IMG/VR virus record: IMGVR_UViG_3300047444_000617
Span: 46,249 to 110,248 of that record
DNA from: a virus
Length of the DNA: 64,000 bases
Direction: 5' to 3' (one strand)
In this document: positions 17,781-27,637 of the stretch, in pieces
Layout: every line of letters begins with the position of its first letter
How positions within the stretch are numbered: position 1 is the stretch's first letter
The notes under the pieces: model-generated
What the model saw: the letters and a program-made list of their open reading frames with translations, nothing else
Told to the model about the DNA's origin: nothing
Database searches by the model: none
Made by a program: the position numbers and the translations under genes

Positions 17781-18286
17781 GCGCTCATCCGTCCTGCGCG
17801 CGCCTCACGGTCCCCCCGGCCGACCCGCCGGGTCAGTTCACGGCTCAGGAGCGTGTTCTTCCGCTCGGCGGAGTCATGGACGGCCTGCAGGAGTTTGCGG
17901 TACGCGTAGGCCCGGGTCTTGGCCTCCTGGGCCTCCAGGTACTCCGGGTCCTCGTACGCCCGAGCGCGGGCGGCCGTCACTGTCTTCTCGGAGGCGTTCC
18001 TGACGGCGGATAGGGCCTTATGCCTTTCGAGTGTGTCGACGGTGGACTTTTCGTCCACCTCCGCTGCCGCCAGCCGGGAGCCTGTGTACTCCACCCACGC
18101 CGTCGTCCTGGTGAACAGCGTCATCAACTCGCTGTCGCTTAGCGCGGTGGGATCCTCCGGCAGTTCGGGCACGTCGCCGTCCGGCTTCGGGGGCAGTGGC
18201 AGGTCCTCCCTGGCCAACTGCCGGGTCGCTCTCTCGCTGGGCGTCTGTACCGCTTCCCAGCCCTTGCGCACTACCGCTCGTGTCAT
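17777..18286 (-). CDS. UvsY-like recombination mediator / helical phage protein
   Basis: KTVTAARARAY.DPEY...LLSRELTRR; located in the RecA/exonuclease cluster. Confidence 0.5.
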   Translation of the reverse strand: MTRAVVRKGWEAVQTPSERATRQLAREDLPLPPKPDGDVPELPEDPTALSDSELMTLFTRTTAWVEYTGSRLAAAEVDEKSTVDTLERHKALSAVRNASEKTVTAARARAYEDPEYLEAQEAKTRAYAYRKLLQAVHDSAERKNTLLSRELTRRVGRGDREARAGRMSA

Positions 18287-19202
18287 TGGTGGTGGTCTCC
18301 CAGCAGGCGTTGAAGAACGGACATTCCTTGCAGGTCTTCTTGTCCTGGCCGCAGAAGTCCGGTCGTGGTGGTGGCTTGCCCTTCTTCAGGGCGTATTTGA
18401 TGTCGAGCGCGGAATCCAGCAGCGGCTCGGAGATCTCCGAGTTGTACTTGACGACGAACTCCTTGGTCGCCTGAGTCGCCTTGTACTCGTAGAGGAAGAT
18501 CACCTGGTCGAACGGCAGGCCCATCTCCTTGCACAGCGCGAGATAGATCTGGGTCTGCCGGATGTGGCTGCCGAACGGACGGCGAAGCGCCTTCCACAGC
18601 CCGTCGGTGTCGATGACGGTCTTGCCGTCCTCGGTCTTCACGGTGAACTGCCGCAGCAGCTTGGGGTCATCGAAGCGGACGGTGCCGTTGCCTATGGACT
18701 TGATCTCGACAAGGGCGTTCAGGTCCTCTACGGCCCCGTCCTCGTGTCCCGCGATGAGGTACTTCTCCTCGGCCTCCAGGGGCACCTCGTGGTAGTCGAG
18801 AGCGAACCTGCTCACGTCTCCGTAGCCGTCGAGCGCGTTGTAGCAGTTGGCACATGTCGGCTGCCCGCCGGTGCCGAGCCAGGCGTGCCCGCACAGACGG
18901 CACACCCACTTGCCATACAGCCGCCCCATGTCCTGCAGCCACTTCTGCCACTTCGCGTGGATCATGTGGCCCTCGGCAAAGACCCCCTCCAACTGTGCGG
19001 AGAAGTTCCGGCTCTTCTCGGGGGAAACCCCCGCCAGCCTGTAGTAGGTCTGACGGGGGCACCAGTCGCTCTTGGCCATCTCGGAGGGGTGGATGATGTC
19101 CTGCCGCCGGTCGGTCGGCTTGTCGTGCTCGGAGAGCAGGTGCTTGTGGATGTCACCCAGCAGCAGCGAGGAGGTCTTCTTCGTCTCCGCCAGGCTCGCC
19201 AT
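18018..19202 (-). CDS. Cas4-like PD-(D/E)XK exonuclease
   Basis: HPS...CPR, GHMIH, GHEDG, EIKS, Q-x-Q-x-Y, C-terminal CxxC-x5-C; start 19202 or 19286. Confidence 0.85.
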   Translation of the reverse strand: MASLAETKKTSSLLLGDIHKHLLSEHDKPTDRRQDIIHPSEMAKSDWCPRQTYYRLAGVSPEKSRNFSAQLEGVFAEGHMIHAKWQKWLQDMGRLYGKWVCRLCGHAWLGTGGQPTCANCYNALDGYGDVSRFALDYHEVPLEAEEKYLIAGHEDGAVEDLNALVEIKSIGNGTVRFDDPKLLRQFTVKTEDGKTVIDTDGLWKALRRPFGSHIRQTQIYLALCKEMGLPFDQVIFLYEYKATQATKEFVVKYNSEISEPLLDSALDIKYALKKGKPPPRPDFCGQDKKTCKECPFFNACWETTTNDTSGSAQGLGSGTDAQRESDPAVGQGGPATAPEAGRRRARTAGGSHRAKRQRVDDAVHQDDGVGGVHRLPAGGSGGGRKVHRRHTRKA

Positions 19203-19590
19203 CCTCCCCGTCGGCTTCGTCGTCGTCGTAGTCCGACGGGATGCGGTCCGGCCAGACGGCTTCGAGGTCTTCCCGGCTCGGGGCACTTGCGAATCTCCAG
19301 TCCTTCTTGGGTACGAACCTCCGGATGTAGGCCCGTTCCAGGACGCTCAGACCGCCCCAGATTCCGTAGTGCTCGTTGTTGACGAGCGCGAACTTCAGGC
19401 ACTGTTCTCGCAGCGGGCACACCCGGTCGGTATAGGTGCCGTTGCAAACGTGCTTGGCCTGCGACCGGCTTCCTGTGCCGTCTCCGAAGAAGTCGTCGTG
19501 GTCCCTGGTCGGCCGGAACTTCCGGCAGGAGGCCTCCTTTTCAGGCTTGCCTCCGCCATCCCACTCCGGTGCATTGATACGCAGGTGCAT
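19153..19590 (-). CDS. whiB: WhiB-family transcription factor
   Basis: C...FF...AKHVC...CP...C...AL....GIWGGLS..ER. Confidence 0.85.
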   Translation of the reverse strand: MHLRINAPEWDGGGKPEKEASCRKFRPTRDHDDFFGDGTGSRSQAKHVCNGTYTDRVCPLREQCLKFALVNNEHYGIWGGLSVLERAYIRRFVPKKDWRFASAPSREDLEAVWPDRIPSDYDDDEADGEDGEPGGDEEDLLAAAG

Positions 19591-19934
19591 TACCACGGCA
19601 GGATCTCCTCGGCTTCCGCACTCGGGTGCGCCAAGGTATGAAGCGCGAGAAATGTCTCTTCGGACATCGTGATCCAGTTCCTTCCACTGGCCATCTGAGT
19701 GCCGAAGAGCATTTCCCTGCCGTCGATCAGGGCCTGCTTCTCTGCGGTTATCAGTTCTTTGTCCTTCAGGGAGTACGAGCCCTTGCTGGTGACTTTGTAC
19801 TCGATGGAGTAGTCGGGGGTCCTGACATCGTTCTTCCGGACCCAACCATTTCCACTACCGGCGTTCACCGTCCCGCCGAGAAGTTTCGCTCCTCGCCTCT
19901 CCTGCGCCTGGCTCTTCTTCAACATGTCCGCCAT
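19590..19934 (-). CDS. resolvase-like PD-(D/E)XK nuclease
   Basis: SQAQERR...GSGNG...KNDV...IEYK. Confidence 0.7.
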   Translation of the reverse strand: MADMLKKSQAQERRGAKLLGGTVNAGSGNGWVRKNDVRTPDYSIEYKVTSKGSYSLKDKELITAEKQALIDGREMLFGTQMASGRNWITMSEETFLALHTLAHPSAEAEEILPW

Positions 19935-20070
19935 ATGCGGCCTCCAGGAGATTCGCGAGGAGATTGAACTTCTCGTGGGCCCTGCCCTGGCGCCGGGAAT
20001 ACCGGACGCCGAGGAACAGGATGTAAACGGCCGCGACCAGCAGGAGCAGCAAGGCGATCAGGGCCACCAT
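19855..20070 (-). CDS. small membrane protein
   Basis: MVALIALLLLLVAAVYILFL; TGATG coupling to recA stop. Confidence 0.55.
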   Translation of the reverse strand: MVALIALLLLLVAAVYILFLGVRYSRRQGRAHEKFNLLANLLEAAYGGHVEEEPGAGEARSETSRRDGERR

Positions 20071-21254
20071 CAGGCGGCCTGGGTATGAAGCCCGTCGGCT
20101 TCCTCGGCCTTGGGCCTGCGCGACACCTTCTTGGTGCCCGCGCTCTCGGCGGTCTCCAGGTCCTCCTCGGAGATGCTGCGCTCGTCGGCACGGGTGGATG
20201 CGGCCAGGACCTTCTGATAGATGCTGGCCAGCAGTTCGGGGTCCTCGCGCAGGCCGGTCAGCAGGGCGTCCTTGCCCTGCCAGCGCAGCACCGGCTTGCC
20301 CTTGGCGTCGTACTGTCCGTTGTCGATCTCGAAGAAGGCGCCCTTGCGCTGGATGACGTCGAAGAGAATGCCCATGGTCTGGATTTCCTTGGCGGTGTCG
20401 TACGCACCGCGCGGGAAGTTCAGGTAGGGCGCCGCCCGGAAGTAGGCGTCGATGGTGGCGATCTGCTGCGGGGCCGCCGACTTGTTCTTGATGGTCTTCA
20501 CCTTGACGACCTGGCCGACATTCACCTTGCCCTTGCCGGGCCGGGCCTCCTGAATCCATTCGTCGCGCCGGACCTCGACTCTGGTGTAGAAGGCGTAGTT
20601 CTTGGCGTTTCCGCCGGGAGTCGTGGTCGGCGTGCCGTGAGGGCTGAACTTGCCGATGGCGTCGCGGTACTGGTTGATGACGATGCCCAGCATCGGGCGG
20701 TCGTCGGGGTCGGTCATGCTGCGCTTGGTCGCGGCGCCGGACTTGCGGAAGAACTTGCCGGTGAGGCGGGCGCCGAGCGCCATGGTCGCCTCGTCCATGT
20801 CCTTGGCGGACTCCTCGTCCGGGATGAGTGCGGGGTAGGAGTCGAGCACGATCATGTCGACGGAGCGGGAGGCGGCGAAGTCCAGCATCGTCTGGTAGGC
20901 GAACTCCATCTGCTGGGTGGGGACGACCAGGACGCGGTTGTTGTCGACGCCCAGGGCCTCGGCCTGGTCGACGTCGTAGTGCTCGGCCGCGATCCACAGG
21001 GCGCAGAAGTTCGGGTCGAGTGCCTGGTTGGCGGCCAGCGTCTTGTAGACGATGAACGTCTTGCCGTGAGACTCCCGGCCGATCACCTCGACCCACTGAT
21101 TGCCTGGCCAGCCGCCACCGAGGGCGATGTCCAGGGACAAGGAGCCGGAGGTGAAGCGCTTGGCCACCTTCATCTCCGAGGCGAAGCAGATGGCCCCGGG
21201 GATCTCCTTGTTGACCTTGGCGATGAGTGCGAGGGCTTCCTTGTTGACGGTCAC
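20070..21254 (-). CDS. recA: RecA/UvsX recombinase
   Basis: SGSLSLDIALGGG, GRESHGKT Walker A, IVLDS, INQ.R, TPGGNA. Confidence 0.93.
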   Translation of the reverse strand: MTVNKEALALIAKVNKEIPGAICFASEMKVAKRFTSGSLSLDIALGGGWPGNQWVEVIGRESHGKTFIVYKTLAANQALDPNFCALWIAAEHYDVDQAEALGVDNNRVLVVPTQQMEFAYQTMLDFAASRSVDMIVLDSYPALIPDEESAKDMDEATMALGARLTGKFFRKSGAATKRSMTDPDDRPMLGIVINQYRDAIGKFSPHGTPTTTPGGNAKNYAFYTRVEVRRDEWIQEARPGKGKVNVGQVVKVKTIKNKSAAPQQIATIDAYFRAAPYLNFPRGAYDTAKEIQTMGILFDVIQRKGAFFEIDNGQYDAKGKPVLRWQGKDALLTGLREDPELLASIYQKVLAASTRADERSISEEDLETAESAGTKKVSRRPKAEEADGLHTQAA

Positions 21255-21283
21255 GGGCAGCCCCCGCAGGTATGAAGTGTCAT
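21251..21283 (-). CDS. 10-aa mini-ORF MTLHTCGGCP coupled to recA
   Basis: AGGAG RBS upstream; TGA overlaps recA GTG; contains CTTCATAC in LHT frame. Confidence 0.55.
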   Translation of the reverse strand: MTLHTCGGCP

Positions 21284-21401
21284 GTGGTGTTGTTTCTCCT
21301 GATCGCGTAACGCAGAACCGGTAGCCCCCATACCATATCTGGCAGGGAACTACCGGTCCAGCGATGTATCAACTAGTCAGACGAAGATCTTTTGATCAGT
21401 G

Positions 21402-23366
21402 TCAGGCGGTCACGAGGTCGACGTCCTCGCAGCCGCCAGCCGCCGAGCAGGCCAGTGACTGGCTGCCCTTGGTCTGGTCGTACGTCTCGTAGAACGCCAG
21501 GTCCGACCACTCCACCCGCTGGTTCTTGGACACCAGTTCCTCGTACTCCTCCTGCGTGCACTCCTCGTACGGGGCCTGCACGTAGGTGTGGTCGGAGTAG
21601 GGGAGGAAGGAGACGCCGGAGATCTCGTCGAGGCGGTCCAGAACCCAGGCGCCCACGTCCTTCCACTCCTCCTCGCGGACGGAGATCGTCACCGACGGTT
21701 TGTGCTCGCACCAGAAGGTCTGGTACGTCATCCACAACGCGAGGTGCCGCAGTGCCGAGACGTCGTCACGCACCAGGGCCTCCTCCCCGGCCCGCTGGGC
21801 GAAGGTGAACACCCACGCGGCGGAGTTGTAGGCGTCCTCCTCGTACGGGATCCCGGCGTCGATCAGCACGAACGCCACGGGGTCCTTCTTGTCCACGCGG
21901 ACCCGGCGCCGGTAGAAGCGGGCATGCTTCGGGTGGAGCCCGGACTCGCAGTCAACCAACTGGGACACCGTCCCCGAAGGCTTCACGGTGGTGGTCGCGG
22001 CGCTCTCAGGGATGCCGAGCCGGAGGGCTTCCTGCTTGTTGGCTTCCCGCACCACGATGCGCAGGTTGGCCAGCGCCAAGGCGGTCAGCCCTTGCCCCTT
22101 GCTCCCGTTCAGGTGCGGGTTTCCGAACACGCCGGTCAGGCTGACGCCCAGCAGCCGCTCCTCCTCCGCGTTCTGGCGCCACTCCTCCCGCAGGTACGGG
22201 TAGTCAGTCAGGGTGGCCTGCCAGGTGCCGAGGATGGTGGCCAGGCGGGCCTTGCGCGTCAGGTCGGCGACGGTGTCGTCCGGGCGGACCACGACCTCGG
22301 AGAGGTTGCAGAACGAGAACGGGCGCAGAATGATCTCGCTGCAGGGGTTGGTCCCGTAGTCGGTGTCCTGCGACCGGCGGCCGAACCTGGCGGCCTGCCG
22401 CTGGGCAGCACCACGGTGGAAGATCCCCCGCTCGCCGCTGCCGGAGGCGACCAGAGAGTCCCACTCCTGGTCGAACTCCTCGACGGTCGTCCTGTCGTCG
22501 TAGACGGCCGAGATGTTCGCCAGCGCGCGGTAGGGGTGCTCGACCCACCACTCCCCCGACTTCGCCTCGGCCATCTCGCGGTCGTCGAGGTCGGAGAGGC
22601 TGATCATGGCGGAGCGGCGGACGCCACCGACGACCACGACGGAGGCGATCTTGCACGCGATGTCGTGGACCTCGATCGGCCGGAACTTGCGACCGGCCGC
22701 CGCCTTGAACTTCTCCACGGTGAACTCGAAGAGGGAGTTGAGTGGTTCGGGGCCGGAGGCTCGCCCTCCGAAGGTATGAAGTCGGCTACCGGCCGGACGG
22801 ATCTCGGACAGGTCCCAGGTGGGGATCGCGCCGACCCGCAGATGCTTCAGCAACTCGCGGTAGGCCAGGCCCCAGCCCTCCTTGGAGTCCTCCACCTTGA
22901 TGACCACGGTGGGGACCTCCTCCAGCCGCTCAGCGACGCTGGGCAACTGGTCGACGTACCGCTTCTCGACGCTGTAGCCGACACCCGTGCCGTTCATGAG
23001 GATGTAGAGCAGTTCGTCCAGGGCGAGCGGGTCCTTCAACGGGAGGTACGAGCAGTTGAACCCGGCGATGTTCGATCGGTCCAGGGCGGGACCGGCCGTC
23101 ATCACCGCGCGCATGGACGGCATCACGTCGTGGTTGAGGATGGCCTGCCGGATCTCGAAGAACAGGTCGCCGTCCGGGGCGTATCGGTGCTTGTCCCGCA
23201 ACTGCACCTTCATGAACGTCATGTAGCGGTCGACGGTTTCCGTCCAGGTCTCGCGACGGTTCTCCTCCTCCAGCCACCGGCTGTAGCGGCTCTTCGCGAT
23301 GAAGGAACGGTAGGGGTCGGCGATGTCGCCGGAGAGGGTGAGCAAGGAGGTCACCAGTTGATCCAT
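21402..23366 (-). CDS. nrdJ: class II (adenosylcobalamin) ribonucleotide reductase
   Basis: PSMR, FNC, GTGVG, GGVRRSA, TNPCSEI, TVKPSGTVS, EHKPS. Confidence 0.92.
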   Translation of the reverse strand: MDQLVTSLLTLSGDIADPYRSFIAKSRYSRWLEEENRRETWTETVDRYMTFMKVQLRDKHRYAPDGDLFFEIRQAILNHDVMPSMRAVMTAGPALDRSNIAGFNCSYLPLKDPLALDELLYILMNGTGVGYSVEKRYVDQLPSVAERLEEVPTVVIKVEDSKEGWGLAYRELLKHLRVGAIPTWDLSEIRPAGSRLHTFGGRASGPEPLNSLFEFTVEKFKAAAGRKFRPIEVHDIACKIASVVVVGGVRRSAMISLSDLDDREMAEAKSGEWWVEHPYRALANISAVYDDRTTVEEFDQEWDSLVASGSGERGIFHRGAAQRQAARFGRRSQDTDYGTNPCSEIILRPFSFCNLSEVVVRPDDTVADLTRKARLATILGTWQATLTDYPYLREEWRQNAEEERLLGVSLTGVFGNPHLNGSKGQGLTALALANLRIVVREANKQEALRLGIPESAATTTVKPSGTVSQLVDCESGLHPKHARFYRRRVRVDKKDPVAFVLIDAGIPYEEDAYNSAAWVFTFAQRAGEEALVRDDVSALRHLALWMTYQTFWCEHKPSVTISVREEEWKDVGAWVLDRLDEISGVSFLPYSDHTYVQAPYEECTQEEYEELVSKNQRVEWSDLAFYETYDQTKGSQSLACSAAGGCEDVDLVTA

Positions 23367-23391
23367 TCAGTAGCGGTAGGTAAGGGGGACG

Positions 23392-23838
23392 TCAGCGAAT
23401 GACGTCTACGATGTGGCTGGGGTCGTAGTTGCTACGGCCCCCCGCTCCCCCGCTGGCGATCTGTCGGGCTGGCGTCGAGGGTGTCGACTTGTCACCGGAA
23501 GGGAGCCCGGCAGCGGTCTGCTGGAAGCGGGAGTTGTAGCCGCACGTGTAGCACTGGGCCATGGCCTGCGGCTGGCCATGCGGCTTGAAGAAGTCGTCGC
23601 CGCCGCAGTCGGGGCAGTGGGTGTTCTGCTTGGCGACCATGGCGCGAGCCGGGGCCTTCCCCGGCTGGGGAACTGGCACTGTCTGCTGAACCTGCTCGGG
23701 CGCGGGGTATGCCTGCTGTTGCTGGCCGGGGGATGCCCACCAGGGGCCACCGGTCGGCTGCGGCTGAGGCTGAGGGGCCTGGGCGGGGGCAGCCTGCGGA
23801 GGCGCCGCCCCCAACTTGTTTGCCCAGAAGTTACTCAC
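23392..23838 (-). CDS. Zn-ribbon protein with P/Q-rich N-terminus
   Basis: CPDC...CYTC. Confidence 0.65.
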   Translation of the reverse strand: MSNFWANKLGAAPPQAAPAQAPQPQPQPTGGPWWASPGQQQQAYPAPEQVQQTVPVPQPGKAPARAMVAKQNTHCPDCGGDDFFKPHGQPQAMAQCYTCGYNSRFQQTAAGLPSGDKSTPSTPARQIASGGAGGRSNYDPSHIVDVIR

Positions 23839-24289
23839 CGAACTGCGCTCCTTCCGTGTACGTGATGATGCCCATGTCGAAGAGGTTCGCGAGGATCGCG
23901 CCCACCCCGGCTTGGAGGACGAGGGAATGGTGACGCTGGAGTGACACCGCAGAATCCTCGTCCACCGAGACGCCCGAGTTAATCAGCATAGCCGAGGCGG
24001 TAATGCCTGAAACAAGCGGCGTGAGCAGTGCGAGAATTTCCCCCAGGGGTATCACCGCAGCCATTCTTTCGTGGCTGGATCGGTGCTCCATGTCGCGGAC
24101 GTCCGGGCTTTCCGGAGAGAGGTTCATGAGGGGCATCATCCCCTCGACGTCAGAGCAGGGCACGAGATCCCACAGCAGCCGCTTGGTGAGCATCTCCGGG
24201 GTGTACATGGTCACGCCCGAACCCTCGAACGAGTCGATGTCCTCGGGATTGTCCGAGTCGTCATTCTTTCGGTTGAAGAATCGCACTAC
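23831..24289 (-). CDS. hypothetical protein
   Basis: GTGA-type overlap region after polA; helical protein. Confidence 0.6.
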   Translation of the reverse strand, partial: VVRFFNRKNDDSDNPEDIDSFEGSGVTMYTPEMLTKRLLWDLVPCSDVEGMMPLMNLSPESPDVRDMEHRSSHERMAAVIPLGEILALLTPLVSGITASAMLINSGVSVDEDSAVSLQRHHSLVLQAGVGAILANLFDMGIITYTEGAQFGE

Positions 24290-26268
24290 TTCGCCTCCGA
24301 CCAACGGTCTACGATCTTGACGTCCGACGAGAGAGGGACGCGCAGGAGTTTCTGGATGTCCTCGCCGAGCATGGCCTCCTTGACCAGCGCGGCTGCTTCC
24401 TGTGCCCGGTCCTCCGGCGCGAGCACGACCAGCTCGTCGTGCACGGAGAGGATCAGGCGGATGTCGTCCGGCAGGAGGTTGCTCAGCCGGATCATCGCCA
24501 ACTTGATGAGGTCGGCCGCCGAGCCCTGGATGAGGCTGTTGACGGCCTGGCGCTCGGCACCCATACGCAGACCGTTGTTCTGCGACAGGATGAGCGGCAG
24601 GCGCCGCTTGCGGCCTAGCAGAGTGCGGATGTGCGGAGGGCGGCGGGATCGGCAGACACGGACGACGTCGTTCTTGAAGGCGTAGATCTCGGGGAACATC
24701 TTCTGGTGGATCTCCAGGAAGCGCTTTGCTTCCTTTACGGAAATTCCAGCCATCGAAGCGACCTTGTCCGGGCCCGCTCCATATACGACGGCGAAGTTGA
24801 TTCCCTTTGCCACCTGCCGAAGGTTGATGGCCTCTCGGTCACCGGCCTTGACGCGGGCCATGAATTCTTGCGGATCCTGGCCGATAAGGGCTGCGGCAGT
24901 GGCCGAGTGCGGGTCCACACCGTTGTGGAATCCCCGGTACAGCGCACCCTTTCCGATGAAGTGCGCGAGCACCACCAGTTCGATCTGCCCATAGTCGGCG
25001 ACGACCAGCTTGTAGCCGGACGGTGCGATGAACAGTCCTCGGATCCGCTTACCGAGTTCGGTGTCAGGTCGTGGGATATTCTGCAGGTTGGGTTCCCGGC
25101 AGGAGAATCGTCCGGTCACCGTTCCGTACTGAACGAAGTCGGCGTGAATGCGGCCGTCGAATATCCGGCAGGGCTTATCGGGGTCGCCCTCGACACCCAG
25201 GTATGCCAGCGGGTACCCGAGCAGCTTGGCGACTTCTGCGTAGTCGGCCAGGGCCTTGACGACCGGGTTGTTGGGGTGCGCTTCCAGGGAGTCGGAGTCG
25301 GTGGAGTAGTCGGCGAAGGTGAGGGTCTGCCCCGCGTCCCTCTTCTTCTTCCCGCCGTCGGTGGGCTTGAGAGGCTTGAGGCCCTGGCCGCCCTCGGACT
25401 TCGGGGCGTACAGGACAGCGGCCTTCTGCGCGGGCGCGTTGAGGTTGAAGCGCTGACCGGCGGCCCGGTAGATGTTGGCCTCGATGTCCACCAGCCGGGC
25501 GGACATGTCGCGGACCAGCTCCTCCATCGCCTCGACGTCGACCGGGGCGCCGGTGATGCCCATGTCGAGCAGCACGCCGAGCACATCCATCTCCAGGCGG
25601 CGGACGTGCGTGAGGTTCTGCTCCTCGATCCGGCGTTGGAACTGCTTCCACAGCAGCCAGGTGTACTTGGCGTCCATGTAGGCGTAGTGGGCGACCTTGG
25701 AGAACGTGAACTTCTCCACGCCGTTCTTGCCGACGTTCTCCTGGTCGTAGTCGACCTTGTAGTACCGCTTGACGAGTTCCTTCAGGCCCTTCTGCTTCAT
25801 GTTCTCGTCGAGCAGCCACTGCAGCACGATGGTGTCGGAGTAGTCCGGCGGTGCGATCTCGCCCCAGTACTTCGCGGTGCTGATCAGGTCGAAGGTCGCG
25901 TTGTGGGCGATCTTGATCTTGTCCTCGGCCCAGAACAGCGGCTTGAGGATGCTGAACACCTCGCTGGGCAGCATCTGCTGCGGCGGAGCGTCGAACACGG
26001 CCGGGATGGGGTCGAACTTCCCGGTGGCCTTGTTCTTCTTCTTCGTGGCCCTGGAGATCTGGACGTCGCCGTTGGGGTGGCCGAAGGGGATGGCGTAGGC
26101 CATGCCGTCAGTGGCCAGCGACATCCAGTTGGCGACGTTCTGGGTCGGGACGTTGCGGTTCTTGCCGATCGTCTCGATGTCGAAGGAGAAGGCCGGACGC
26201 TCCATGAAGCGCTCGACCACGGTATGAAGTCGGTCGGGGGTCAAGATGACCGAGTCGCGGATGATCAT
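24286..26268 (-). CDS. polA: family A DNA polymerase with 3'-5' exonuclease
   Basis: FDIET, HNATFD, YAYMD, TGRFS..PNLQNIP, ADYGQIE, KGINFAVVYG, IQGSAAD, VHDEL. Confidence 0.95.
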   Translation of the reverse strand: MIIRDSVILTPDRLHTVVERFMERPAFSFDIETIGKNRNVPTQNVANWMSLATDGMAYAIPFGHPNGDVQISRATKKKNKATGKFDPIPAVFDAPPQQMLPSEVFSILKPLFWAEDKIKIAHNATFDLISTAKYWGEIAPPDYSDTIVLQWLLDENMKQKGLKELVKRYYKVDYDQENVGKNGVEKFTFSKVAHYAYMDAKYTWLLWKQFQRRIEEQNLTHVRRLEMDVLGVLLDMGITGAPVDVEAMEELVRDMSARLVDIEANIYRAAGQRFNLNAPAQKAAVLYAPKSEGGQGLKPLKPTDGGKKKRDAGQTLTFADYSTDSDSLEAHPNNPVVKALADYAEVAKLLGYPLAYLGVEGDPDKPCRIFDGRIHADFVQYGTVTGRFSCREPNLQNIPRPDTELGKRIRGLFIAPSGYKLVVADYGQIELVVLAHFIGKGALYRGFHNGVDPHSATAAALIGQDPQEFMARVKAGDREAINLRQVAKGINFAVVYGAGPDKVASMAGISVKEAKRFLEIHQKMFPEIYAFKNDVVRVCRSRRPPHIRTLLGRKRRLPLILSQNNGLRMGAERQAVNSLIQGSAADLIKLAMIRLSNLLPDDIRLILSVHDELVVLAPEDRAQEAAALVKEAMLGEDIQKLLRVPLSSDVKIVDRWSEAK

Positions 26269-26513
26269 GCGACGACTACCTCGCTGGTGGTCTCGATCCA
26301 GACGTGGGCGCCGCAGTCGAGCGGCTGGTCCGGGCGGTAGACGACGCGGGCCACGACCTTGCCGTCGGCGTCGAGTACCGTGACGTCGTTGCCCTTGCGG
26401 TTCTGCTTGTAGTCCTTGGCGGTGATGACCGGCAGGCGCTCCTCCCCCGGCCCGGCCTTTCGATTCGCCTTGATGTGGTGCTGGTTGATGTGGATGCGGG
26501 TGGTGACGGCCAC
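26265..26513 (-). CDS. conserved phage protein
   Basis: IHINQH.IKAN...PL.CGA.VWIET; ATGA coupling to polA. Confidence 0.7.
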   Translation of the reverse strand: MAVTTRIHINQHHIKANRKAGPGEERLPVITAKDYKQNRKGNDVTVLDADGKVVARVVYRPDQPLDCGAHVWIETTSEVVVA

Positions 26514-26549
26514 GACGGGCTCCTGTGGTGGTGGCGGATGGGAAAGCTG

Positions 26550-26583
26550 AGGGGAGGCCCCAGCTCGGTGCTGGAACCTCCCC
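26550..26583 (-). terminator. terminator-like hairpin
   Basis: GGGGAGG..CCAGC / GCTGG..CCTCCCC. Confidence 0.55.
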
Positions 26584-26594
26584 GTCGGAGCCGG

Positions 26595-27398
26595 TCAGTC
26601 GTTGAGGATCTCGCGGGCGATCTGCTTGAGTTCGCTGCGCGAGTTCACCTTGAAGATCGTCTCGTCGTAGGCGTCGGCCTCCAGGGCGTCCAGGTCCACG
26701 TCGTCGGGGTCGACCTCCCAGTCGTCGTAGATGTCCCGCTCCTTGACCGGGATGATGTAGTAGTTGGTCTTGTTGTTCTTGGTCTCCTTGCGGGCGGAGA
26801 AGTACAGGTCGTCCCGGTTGAGGGGCTTGGTCTTGTCGCTCTTGGCGAAGTTCTTGAGGATGTCGGCGACCATCGGGCCGACCTTCCACACCTTGACCTT
26901 GGGGTCCTGGGGGTCGGTGAAGTCCACGACGTTGAAGCAGACCTGCTGCGAGGGCTTGTCACCGGCGTCGTCGCACAGGGGGCAGCGGACCTCCAGGCAC
27001 GTCCAGGATCGCTTGCCCTTGCGCTCGATCCAGTGCTGCAGGTAGACCCAGAACGGCTCGTCGTCGAGGAACTTGAACAGCACCTCGTCGCCGGTGACCT
27101 TGAAGTCGTCGGGGAAGGAGGAGGTGGCCTGCTTGGTCTTCTCGTACGAGCCCCATCCCCGGCCGCCGACGCTCGGTGAGGGCTCGTCGTCCTCCTCCTC
27201 GTCCTTGGCCGGACGGCGGGAGCGGCGGGAGGCGGGGGCCTCCTCGGTATGAAGCGACTCGCGGCGCGAGCCACGTCGCGAGCCCCTGGCGGGACGCTCG
27301 TCCTCCTCGTCGTCGTAGCGCTCGTCCTCCGGCTCCTCGGCCGGGCTGTACGCGTCGGTGCTGCGCGGGGCGCGACGGCGGGTGAGGGTACGGGCCAT
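26595..27398 (-). CDS. single-stranded DNA-binding protein (gp32-like)
   Basis: KFLDDEPF..Y.QHW, C...CPLC Zn site, acidic tail; start MARTL. Confidence 0.7.
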   Translation of the reverse strand: MARTLTRRRAPRSTDAYSPAEEPEDERYDDEEDERPARGSRRGSRRESLHTEEAPASRRSRRPAKDEEEDDEPSPSVGGRGWGSYEKTKQATSSFPDDFKVTGDEVLFKFLDDEPFWVYLQHWIERKGKRSWTCLEVRCPLCDDAGDKPSQQVCFNVVDFTDPQDPKVKVWKVGPMVADILKNFAKSDKTKPLNRDDLYFSARKETKNNKTNYYIIPVKERDIYDDWEVDPDDVDLDALEADAYDETIFKVNSRSELKQIAREILND

Positions 27399-27637
27399 CA
27401 GTTGTTCTCCTGCTTGTAGAGGTGGATGTAGGACTCGTCCTCGGCGGTGTTCAGCCGGGACTCCTCGATGTCGTTCGCCAGCGAGTCGTGGATGTAGTCG
27501 ACCGCGATCTTGTGCAGGTCCTTCAGGGACTTGGCGTTGGGGAAGTCGTCGCTGTCGATCTCCACGGACTCGGAGAACTCCACCCACTCGAAGTTCCCCA
27601 TGGACACGTGGTGCTTGGCGCTGCGGATGATCTTCAC
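27398..27637 (-). CDS. hypothetical protein
   Basis: GTG start MKIIRS, coupled on both sides. Confidence 0.6.
   Translation of the reverse strand: MKIIRSAKHHVSMGNFEWVEFSESVEIDSDDFPNAKSLKDLHKIAVDYIHDSLANDIEESRLNTAEDESYIHLYKQENN

Noticed and set aside
18018-19202. CRISPR-Cas locus suggested by the Cas4-like gene
   Set aside because: No repeat-spacer array or other cas genes; solo phage exonuclease in a recombination cluster
24286-26889. ORF-track starts for polA (26889), helicase (31512), dnaB (34342), thyX (16870) and kinase (15430)
   Set aside because: Extensions overlap upstream genes; downstream starts with stop/start coupling fit better
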